The position numbers and the translations under genes were made by a program. A DNA stretch of 38,623 bases, taken from assembly GCA_050250255.1 (NCBI GenBank), contig JBFWOZ010000028.1, positions 1 through 38,623 of the forward strand, given 5' to 3'. The notes below the pieces were generated by a model that was given only the letters and a program-made list of their open reading frames with translations, made no database searches and was not told where the DNA came from. Position 1 is the first letter of the stretch. Every line of letters begins with the position of its first letter. Shown in pieces: positions 18,445-25,078 of the stretch. Origin of the DNA: Bdellovibrionales bacterium (GTDB lineage Bacteria > Bdellovibrionota > Bdellovibrionia > Bdellovibrionales > DASUEL01).

Positions 18445-18451
18445 GTCTCTC

Positions 18452-18545
18452 TCCTTTTAGGTGCCAGGTTCCGTTTCCGGGGCACGCTGCGTCCTTTTTT
18501 TATGAAGCGGTGTGGCCCGGAAACGGAACCTGGCACCTAAAAGGA
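18452..18545. repeat. Long palindromic REP/REPIN-like element (family A)
   Basis: Perfect 30-bp inverted arms 18452-18481 (TCCTTTTAGGTGCCAGGTTCCGTTTCCGGG) and 18516-18545; spacer shares TTTATGAAGCG with the element at 267-352. Confidence 0.88.
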
Positions 18546-19871
18546 CTGTAGTTTATCGGTTATGTAATCCTTCAATTTATCTAAAGCGATACGATCTTGT
18601 TTCATGGTGTCGCGATGTCGCACAGTCACCTGCTGGTCTTCTAAAGTTTGGAAATCCACGGTTACGCAAAACGGTGTACCAATTTCATCTTGGCGACGGT
18701 AGCGTTTCCCGATACTGCCGGATTCATCATACTGAATATTCCAATGGCGAGACAAATCGCTAAAGAGTTTTTCAGAGACGCTTGAGAGAACATCCTTTTT
18801 TGAAAGTGGTAAAATAGCCACTTTCACTGGAGCAATCGCTGGGTGAAGCCCCAAGACCACGCGAACATCAGCTTCGCCTTCTTGAGCGACGTTCTCTTCA
18901 CGATAAGCATCACATAAAAGAGTGAGACAGTTTCGATCACAACCTGCAGAAGTTTCGATCACGTAAGGAATATATTTTTCTTTGGTCGCTTCATCAAAAT
19001 ACTGCAAGTTTTTACCGCTGAGCTTTTGATGGTTTCCAAGATCAAAATCTGAACGATTATGAATCCCCTCGATCTCCTGCCAGCCGATAGGGAAATTGTA
19101 CTGAATATCGAAAGCGGATTTTGCATAGTGCGCGAGCTCTTTATCGGTGTGCTGATGGAACTTGAGGTTTTCTTTACGAAGACCCATCCCGAGATAGAAC
19201 TCTTTACGAATCTCTTTCCATTTGTCCATGAACTCTTCGTCGCTTCCAGGCTTCACGAAATATTGCATTTCCATCTGTTCAAATTCACGCGTACGGAAAA
19301 TGAAATTTCCCGGAGTGATTTCATTACGGAAAGCTTTTCCAATTTGCGCGATTCCAAAAGGAATCTTCTTACGCATGCTGGTCGCCACGTTTTCAAAGTT
19401 CACATAAATGCCCTGTGCCGTTTCCGGTCGAAGATAAACCACCGAAGCTGTCTCTTCAACTGGACCCATAAAGGTTTTGAACATGAGATTAAATTGGCGA
19501 AGTTCACCCAGCTGTCCACCACAGTTGGGACATGGAGAAGCTCCGGAATAGTTTTCTATTTGGTCGGCGCGAAAGCGGCTACGACATTTTTTGCAATCTA
19601 CGAGTGGATCAGAAAATCCATCCACATGCCCAGAGGCTTTCCACACCTGCGGGGCCATCAAAATGGAAGCATCAAGACCGACTATGTCCTGTCGTCTTGT
19701 CATGGATTCCCACCACAACTTTTTTAAATTGTTTTTGAGTTCCACTCCCAGTGGGCCGAAATCCCAACATGAATTGATTCCACCGTAAATTTCGCTGCTT
19801 TGAAAAATAAAACCACGACGTTTACAAAGCGATACAAGTGTCGACAAATCCTTGAGATATTCTGTTTTCAT
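18537..19871 (-). CDS. glyQS: Glycine--tRNA ligase, homodimeric alpha2 type
   Basis: [51 protein letters not shown] anticodon-binding domain. Confidence 0.97.
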   Translation of the reverse strand: MKTEYLKDLSTLVSLCKRRGFIFQSSEIYGGINSCWDFGPLGVELKNNLKKLWWESMTRRQDIVGLDASILMAPQVWKASGHVDGFSDPLVDCKKCRSRFRADQIENYSGASPCPNCGGQLGELRQFNLMFKTFMGPVEETASVVYLRPETAQGIYVNFENVATSMRKKIPFGIAQIGKAFRNEITPGNFIFRTREFEQMEMQYFVKPGSDEEFMDKWKEIRKEFYLGMGLRKENLKFHQHTDKELAHYAKSAFDIQYNFPIGWQEIEGIHNRSDFDLGNHQKLSGKNLQYFDEATKEKYIPYVIETSAGCDRNCLTLLCDAYREENVAQEGEADVRVVLGLHPAIAPVKVAILPLSKKDVLSSVSEKLFSDLSRHWNIQYDESGSIGKRYRRQDEIGTPFCVTVDFQTLEDQQVTVRHRDTMKQDRIALDKLKDYITDKLQSF

Positions 19872-19972
19872 GAAGCCTCAGGCTTTCCAATTGTTTGATG
19901 ACGCAGGAATGCCTAAAATTGGTAGCATTGGCCCGATTTCCCAGTCAAGAACCGTGACTTCCTAGAGACGGT

Positions 19973-20000
19973 TTGACACACGACACATTCGAGTTACCAT
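19973..20000 (+). promoter_or_regulatory. Putative sigma70 promoter of the cytochrome c gene
   Basis: TTGACA-N16-TACCAT followed by AAGGA RBS and ATG 20022. Confidence 0.5.
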
Positions 20001-20021
20001 AGGGAAGGAAAAGGATTTCCC

Positions 20022-20396
20022 ATGAAGTCATTTTATTGGTTTTTTCTATGTCTCTTCGTTGGTTTTTTTACCCTCATCGTCAATCCCATCCTTGACCGCC
20101 GAGTTTCTCAGGCACTTGCAAAAGATGCAGAGCTTATGCAAAGAGACTACATGATCAAAATTTCCCGCCAATTGGGTGTTACCTGTGCTTACTGCCATAA
20201 CGTGAACAACTTCAAAGACAAGTCTATGGCCACCTACAAGGTTTCTGCCGAGCACATCCACATGGTAGAAATGCTCAACGCTAAAACCTTTGCGGCAAGA
20301 AATGGCCCCAAAGCTGATTGCTATATGTGTCATAAAGGGAAGGCCGTACCGGATTACAAAGAGCCGGCGGCAGAGGCACCTACTAAGTCGCACTAA
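20022..20396 (+). CDS. Exported diheme c-type cytochrome related to the reaction-centre cytochrome c (PufC) family
   Basis: N-terminal hydrophobic segment; two CxxCH motifs (LGVTCAYCH, ADCYMCHKG); M...LGV-x-C-x-x-CH...F-x-D...MV-x-x-LN spacing matches half of the PufC tetraheme repeat. Confidence 0.8.
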   Translation: MKSFYWFFLCLFVGFFTLIVNPILDRRVSQALAKDAELMQRDYMIKISRQLGVTCAYCHNVNNFKDKSMATYKVSAEHIHMVEMLNAKTFAARNGPKADCYMCHKGKAVPDYKEPAAEAPTKSH

Positions 20397-20400
20397 CTAA

Positions 20401-20448
20401 TACCGGGATCCAAGTATTCCGGGTACCTGGTATACCGGGATACCTGAA
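20401..20448. repeat. Three imperfect 16-bp tandem repeats between convergent genes
   Basis: TACCGGGATCCAAGTA / TTCCGGGTACCTGGTA / TACCGGGATACCTGAA. Confidence 0.6.
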
Positions 20449-20835
20449 TTATTTTTTAAACTGCTCTTTGAGCGCCGCGTGTGCCGCTTCGATAATTCCT
20501 ACCCGTTCCTTATCCTGAGCATTTGCCAGCGAACTTTTGAACCCAGCCTCTACAAGCTCCCAAGGACTTTTTGCTGGAATCCCTAACACCTCATAGGCAT
20601 CCCAGGTATGGCCATTGTAATTGAAAAAACAATTGAGACTCATACCCATATCGACATTGCGCTTGGGCTTGTATTGCCCCTTTGACCCTGTGGGAAAACC
20701 GGAACCACCTGGAAGTTCTTTTCGTTTTGAGAAATTAAGAAGGCTCGGCATAGTACGGCGACGATTTCTCAATAGAAAAAATACGAGAAGAGAAACAACA
20801 GCTCCGTTAATGAACAGGAACTCTTTGAAAGCCAT
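20449..20835 (-). CDS. Membrane-anchored protein with degenerate J-domain-like C-terminus
   Basis: N-terminal TM helix; DAYEVLGIP...EAAHAALK resembles DnaJ helices I and III but has no HPD. Confidence 0.7.
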   Translation of the reverse strand: MAFKEFLFINGAVVSLLVFFLLRNRRRTMPSLLNFSKRKELPGGSGFPTGSKGQYKPKRNVDMGMSLNCFFNYNGHTWDAYEVLGIPAKSPWELVEAGFKSSLANAQDKERVGIIEAAHAALKEQFKK

Positions 20836-20887
20836 CAACTTAAAGTATTTGTTTGTATGGGGGTTTTATCAAGTATAAAAGGAGGTC

Positions 20888-21682
20888 ATGGCACAAGCAC
20901 CGAACAATCCCTTTGATCAGCAAAAACCCATTCCCGGCATTAAGAACATTTACGTTGTGGCTTCAGGAAAAGGTGGCGTAGGAAAGAGCACGGTTTCCTC
21001 CAATCTCGCCCTGGCTCTAACAAAAGAAGGTCGTTCCGTAGGACTCCTCGATGCGGACATTTATGGTCCGAGTCTTCCGCGCATGTTTGGGGCGCTTAAT
21101 CAGAAACCTCAAATGAACTCTCAGCAACAAATCATTCCTCTCAGCCGCTATGGTATTAAACTCATGAGTATGGGTTTTCTGATCGATGAAGGTGCGGCCG
21201 TGGTTTGGCGAGGTCCAATGCTCTTTAAAGCGATTGATCAATTCTTTCGCGATGTGGATTGGGGTGAGCTCGATGATCTCGTGATTGATCTCCCTCCTGG
21301 GACCGGAGATGTACAACTTTCCATCGCCCAGAAAGTTCCTATTAAGGGTGCTATCGTTGTGACCACTCCTCAGAACGTCGCTCTTGCCGACGTTAAAAAA
21401 TCGATCGATATGTTTCGACGCGTGAACATTCCAATTCTAGGAATGATCGAAAACATGGCCTATTTTAAAAATCCCACGACCGGCGAAAAGCTCACCATGT
21501 TTCCACAGGGCGAATTGAATAGCTATTTAGATAAAGAACACATACCCAAATTAGGTCAGTTGCCTTTCTTCCAAGGCCTCGCGCAAGGTGCTGAGATCGG
21601 AATTCCTTTTATCGAAACCCATCCTGAAGATGAAGTGGCGCTCACATTTAAAAAGATTGCCCAAGGACTTATCTCACATTGA
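20888..21682 (+). CDS. mrp: Mrp/NBP35 (ApbC) family P-loop ATPase
   Basis: SGKGGVGKST, DADIYGPS, WRGPM, DLPPGTGD, VTTPQ, ENM motifs. Confidence 0.95.
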   Translation: MAQAPNNPFDQQKPIPGIKNIYVVASGKGGVGKSTVSSNLALALTKEGRSVGLLDADIYGPSLPRMFGALNQKPQMNSQQQIIPLSRYGIKLMSMGFLIDEGAAVVWRGPMLFKAIDQFFRDVDWGELDDLVIDLPPGTGDVQLSIAQKVPIKGAIVVTTPQNVALADVKKSIDMFRRVNIPILGMIENMAYFKNPTTGEKLTMFPQGELNSYLDKEHIPKLGQLPFFQGLAQGAEIGIPFIETHPEDEVALTFKKIAQGLISH

Positions 21683-21718
21683 GAACAGGTTGAGCGGCCC
21701 GCTCTCAAATTCTTTCCC

Positions 21719-22195
21719 TTACGGAACTCGGCAGTCTGACTTTTCTTTTACAACGGTATATTCACGCTTCATTACAGGATTAAGAATCGTTCCGTAATTC
21801 ACCCAGTGACGCTCTAAATTTTGCATCGCCACTCTTGTGATCGACTTAAAAGTTGCGTCTGTCGTTATAGCGAGTCTCATTCCGTATCTACCCCATTCTT
21901 CTCTTACAAAATGTGGTCCATAACGATAAGATGTGAAGAAATCAACAAGCATCACAGGCTGATCAGCATCGATGCTCAATCGCACATTTCCCGCTTTCTG
22001 TAAGATTCTTTTAATGGGATGAGATAAGACGTTCTGGTCGCAACCAACAATAAGCTCATCTGTTAGTGCTGCACCAATGGCATTGATGTAATTCTCACGC
22101 TCGTTCTCAGAAACATCTATGTACCCAGAAACTTGCGCAAAGGCGAATTGGGGCAATAGGAACATAGTAATAAATAGTATTTGTTTTAAAGACAT
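21719..22195 (-). CDS. Hypothetical secreted protein (158 aa)
   Basis: ATG 22195 with GGAGG RBS; signal peptide MSLKQILFITMFLLPQFAFA; two Cys. Confidence 0.75.
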   Translation of the reverse strand: MSLKQILFITMFLLPQFAFAQVSGYIDVSENERENYINAIGAALTDELIVGCDQNVLSHPIKRILQKAGNVRLSIDADQPVMLVDFFTSYRYGPHFVREEWGRYGMRLAITTDATFKSITRVAMQNLERHWVNYGTILNPVMKREYTVVKEKSDCRVP

Positions 22196-22302
22196 AAAGC
22201 CTCCGCTGTGAAGCTCTCGTAGCAATCACCTGTGGCACTGTCGATAAGGTTCCTTTTTTTTGATAATTTTTACTTTTGATTTTTGATATCTCATTAAGCT
22301 TC

Positions 22303-22327
22303 AGCTCATCTCACATTGAGATGAGCT
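22303..22327. promoter_or_regulatory. Palindrome with TCTCA-N3-TGAGA core
   Basis: AGCTCATCTCA-CAT-TGAGATGAGCT, perfect 11-bp arms; the core recurs at 21672-21684 and 23519-23533. Confidence 0.6.
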
Positions 22328-22360
22328 TTGGATTCTCTTGAAACGCTTTGCCAAAATCAC

Positions 22361-22388
22361 TTGAGTAAATTACGCTTTGCGTTAAACT
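22361..22388 (+). promoter_or_regulatory. Putative sigma70 promoter of an orphan small transcript
   Basis: TTGAGT-N16-TAAACT; direct repeat ACGCTTTGC at 22343 and 22372 brackets the -35 box. Confidence 0.5.
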
Positions 22389-22430
22389 GTATTTGTACGC
22401 GATTGAAAAGAACGTGAGAGGAGAACACGC

Positions 22431-22511
22431 GTGAAGCATTTCACTGAACTCTTCGCGACTTATCACATCCATGTCCCACGTGAGATTCGGTTGGACTCAC
22501 CTCCAAAATGA
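22431..22511 (+). CDS. Candidate 26-aa small protein MKHFTELFATYHIHVPREIRLDSPPK
   Basis: GTG start 7 nt after GAGAGGAG; TGA at 22509-11; below the ORF-track cutoff. Confidence 0.4.
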   Translation: MKHFTELFATYHIHVPREIRLDSPPK

Positions 22512-22583
22512 CGAAGCTCAGACGAATTGTAGGACATGGATAAGCCAAGGTTGGTGATAAATAAAAAGGATTTTCTCATTACT

Positions 22584-22617
22584 GATAACCCGCTCTCGAA
22601 GCGGGTTATCTTTTTTT
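22584..22617 (+). terminator. Rho-independent terminator
   Basis: GATAACCCGC-TCTCGAA-GCGGGTTATC, perfect 10-bp stem followed by T7 on the + strand. Confidence 0.85.
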
Positions 22618-22664
22618 GAGCTGTCTACTTGCAGTTGTTTCGAAGCCAATCTGTGTATTGATTC

Positions 22665-23480
22665 TTATCGTGAGGATGAGGGATCTGGTTTATTAATACT
22701 AATAGTTGCTCTAGAAAAAATATCAGGCATGTACCGTTCGCACAGGTCTAACAGACTATAGAAAGACTTTGCCTCTACAGCAACTTGATCAATCCAATCT
22801 TTCGGCAATCGAACATGGTATCTCTTCAGCAGATACTCTTTTTGTACATATTCCTTAATATACTCCTCATCCCACTTTTCCTGCCCAACAGACATATTGA
22901 ATTTAGTAGGGTTTTCCTTTTGCAACTGCAACTCTCCCATATACGCTCGAAATTCATTTGAAAAATGATGGAGAAGTCCCCAATCCACAGCCTCTTTACC
23001 ATTTTCCTTAATACATTCACCAAGCGGCTTAGCTTCAAAACATTTATTGATATAGAAAAACTTTTTGAAGCGTTCAAGCATCTCTGGTGTAAAGGAAGTC
23101 ATGTTTTGCTTAAGGCGCTCTATGAGGGGTCTCATATCTTTTATATGCTGAAACTCATGTGCGATCGTCAAAGCCATTTGATCAACATTTTTTAAATCCG
23201 CAATAAGAAGCTTTCCTTTTCCATCGAGACCATATTCTATTTTGCCTTGGGAACCTATTGCACTCATGGGCAACTCTACTATTTGTAGCCAAGATTTTGC
23301 CGAATTGATTTCGTTTGCGATTTTATAGCCCGTAGGAACTGTACGAAGAGAAGCTAAGGCGGCATCTACTCTTTCTTGAAATGTAGCTTGAGCAAAGGCC
23401 TCTGAAAACGACAAAAATTGGCTTACAAATGCCAATAAGACAAACACCAAAAAGCGCCGAGTTATTAATAGCGAAATCAT
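22665..23480 (-). CDS. Secreted putative zinc metallopeptidase-like protein (HExxH)
   Basis: Signal peptide ending EAFA; TIAHEFQH and downstream NEFRAY third-ligand-like motif; start uncertain (ORF extends to 23525). Confidence 0.7.
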   Translation of the reverse strand: MISLLITRRFLVFVLLAFVSQFLSFSEAFAQATFQERVDAALASLRTVPTGYKIANEINSAKSWLQIVELPMSAIGSQGKIEYGLDGKGKLLIADLKNVDQMALTIAHEFQHIKDMRPLIERLKQNMTSFTPEMLERFKKFFYINKCFEAKPLGECIKENGKEAVDWGLLHHFSNEFRAYMGELQLQKENPTKFNMSVGQEKWDEEYIKEYVQKEYLLKRYHVRLPKDWIDQVAVEAKSFYSLLDLCERYMPDIFSRATISINKPDPSSSR

Positions 23481-23492
23481 ATTGTGCTTAAT

Positions 23493-23533
23493 TACAATTA
23501 TGATGCCGAGGCTTACGCGTCTCACTCTGAGAC
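23493..23533 (-). promoter_or_regulatory. sigma54-like box plus upstream GTCTCA-N3-TGAGAC palindrome
   Basis: Minus strand CGGCAT-CATAA-TTGTA (23508-23493; -12 box deviates, GT for GC); palindrome at 23519-23533. Confidence 0.35.
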
Positions 23534-23569
23534 TACAAATGCGGACACGTTCAGAAGAGGGTGCAAAGT

Positions 23570-24982
23570 TTAGCGAATAGCGCTCGTTGGAATCTTGATG
23601 AGATGCCCCACGAGCAAACTCTTATTGCGAACGAGCTTGTTGTGACTCACGAGCGTTGGAAGGCTCACCTTATATCTTCTGGCGATCTCATGCAAAGTGT
23701 CGCCAGGTCGCACTTTATGAAAACGCTCAGTCTTTTTAGCGGACTTCGCTTGAAGCGTTATCTTAGATCTCAGCACTCGCGAAGACGTTTGTTCTTTAGA
23801 TTTTTTCTTTTTTGAAGATTTACGGCCCTCTCCTTCTGGAATACGAAGAAGTGATCCTACCTTTAAAAGCGAACCCTTCTTTAAATCATTTTCACTACGA
23901 ATCGCATTAATGGAGGTTCCATACATGCGCGCGATTCGTCCTAAGTTATCACCCCGCTGAACACGATGAACTCCCGGAGAAGCCGCCACCGTACGTGCAT
24001 TGACCTTGGAATAAGCTTTTTCTAAATTAGCTTGTGCGTTCACCTTTTGTCCCGATGGAACACGAAGAAATACTCGTCCATCGATCGGTACCGCTAAGTG
24101 AGTACGATAAGTTGGGTTCAGATCTTTGAGGTCTTCGTAGGGAATATTAGAAACGATCGCAAGCTTTTGCATGTCGACTGTTGTGTTTGTCTCCACCACA
24201 TCAAACTGCAGTGGTTTCATGAACGCGATGTCCGTGAATCCATACTTCTCCGGCTCACGTGCAATCATCGAGGCGGCAATAAATTTTGGAACGTAGTCGA
24301 CGGTTTCACGAGGAAGAACTCGGCGATGTGCGAGTTCCCAAAAACTTCGTGTCAGATGCTTCATCACCAAACGTTGAACGCGATTCTCACCAACGTTGTA
24401 AGAAGCAATCGCCAAATACCAGGAACCAAATAAGTTGTAGAGACCTTTAAAATAGAGAGCGGCCGCACGTGTTGAAGAAATAGGATCCTGCCTCTCATCG
24501 ACTAAATGATCCATTCGGAGACTGTAGCGTTTTCCGGTTCCACGAATGAACTGCCAATAACCTACGGCCGAAGCGTGTGAGCGAGCCCGTGGGCTAAATC
24601 CTGATTCAATCAGTGGAATGTAAACGAGATCTTCCGGTAGACCATTGGCTTTCAAATGTTCTTTCATAAGTGGGAGATATTTTGTGGAGCGCGAAAGGTA
24701 GCGCTCCATATGTTCACGGCCACGCCCTTGATAATAATCAAGCCACTTCACAACCATATAACGATATTCGTAAGGTACATCTTGGATATCAAGATTTAAA
24801 AGGTTGATCTCACCTTCTGCAAGATCAACATTACCCGTAGCATCTTTAGAAGCAGGTCGTAAACCAGAAGCGGTCATCGGAGAGTCAGAACGCAATTGCT
24901 GTCTTTGACAAGCCAGAACTAAAACAGAAAGACTCAAAATTATTAAACGCGAAATCCCACGATTCATCTGGCTCACAAGCAT
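23570..24982 (-). CDS. mltD: MltD-like lytic murein transglycosylase with LysM domains (lipoprotein)
   Basis: Lipobox VLAC; LIESGF catalytic Glu, AVGYWQF, ASYNVGE, ETVDYVPK; LysM motifs HRVQRGDNL and HKVRPGDTL. Confidence 0.9.
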   Translation of the reverse strand: MLVSQMNRGISRLIILSLSVLVLACQRQQLRSDSPMTASGLRPASKDATGNVDLAEGEINLLNLDIQDVPYEYRYMVVKWLDYYQGRGREHMERYLSRSTKYLPLMKEHLKANGLPEDLVYIPLIESGFSPRARSHASAVGYWQFIRGTGKRYSLRMDHLVDERQDPISSTRAAALYFKGLYNLFGSWYLAIASYNVGENRVQRLVMKHLTRSFWELAHRRVLPRETVDYVPKFIAASMIAREPEKYGFTDIAFMKPLQFDVVETNTTVDMQKLAIVSNIPYEDLKDLNPTYRTHLAVPIDGRVFLRVPSGQKVNAQANLEKAYSKVNARTVAASPGVHRVQRGDNLGRIARMYGTSINAIRSENDLKKGSLLKVGSLLRIPEGEGRKSSKKKKSKEQTSSRVLRSKITLQAKSAKKTERFHKVRPGDTLHEIARRYKVSLPTLVSHNKLVRNKSLLVGHLIKIPTSAIR

Positions 24983-25031
24983 CCACTTACCTCCGAAAAA
25001 AAGAACTTTGAAAAGGTGTCTGTATCTTTTC

Positions 25032-25061
25032 AGTGTAAGGGAGAGTTAGAAGCTTTTTCAA
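25032..25061 (-). promoter_or_regulatory. Putative sigma70 promoter of mltD
   Basis: Minus strand TTGAAA-N18-TACACT; GGAGG RBS before ATG 24982. Confidence 0.45.
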
Positions 25062-25078
25062 CCCGCAATTCACTGCGA

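Larger units (their letters stand above)
22395..22617 (+). ncRNA. Candidate structured small RNA or sORF-carrying mRNA (~220 nt)
   Basis: Lies between a promoter-like sequence and a strong terminator with no long ORF. Nested helices: TTATCAC 22460-66 with GTGATAA 22554-60; ATCCATGTCC 22467-76 with GGACATGGAT 22532-41; GTGAG 22480-84 with CTCAC 22496-500. Confidence 0.5.

Noticed and set aside
19872..20021. T-box leader upstream of GlyRS
   Set aside because: The region is short, holds divergent promoters and lacks the T-box GGTGG-ACC motif and terminator.
22330..22400. c-di-GMP-I riboswitch suggested by GGCAAAG and ACGCAAAGC on the minus strand
   Set aside because: The motifs are in the wrong order and there is no GNRA-capped P2 stem; better explained as an ACGCTTTGC direct repeat around a promoter.
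22395..22617. tmRNA, RNase P, SRP, SAM-I, TPP or hammerhead identity for the structured RNA
   Set aside because: None of the diagnostic motifs is present (tRNA-like ends and ALAA tag, GAGGAAAGUCC, SRP loop, AUCAAGAG, CUGAGA, CUGANGA/GAAA).
22536..22619. Second sORF MDKPRLVINKKDFLITDNPLSKRVIFF
   Set aside because: The SD-like AGGA is only 1 nt from the ATG and the frame runs through the terminator; probably chance.
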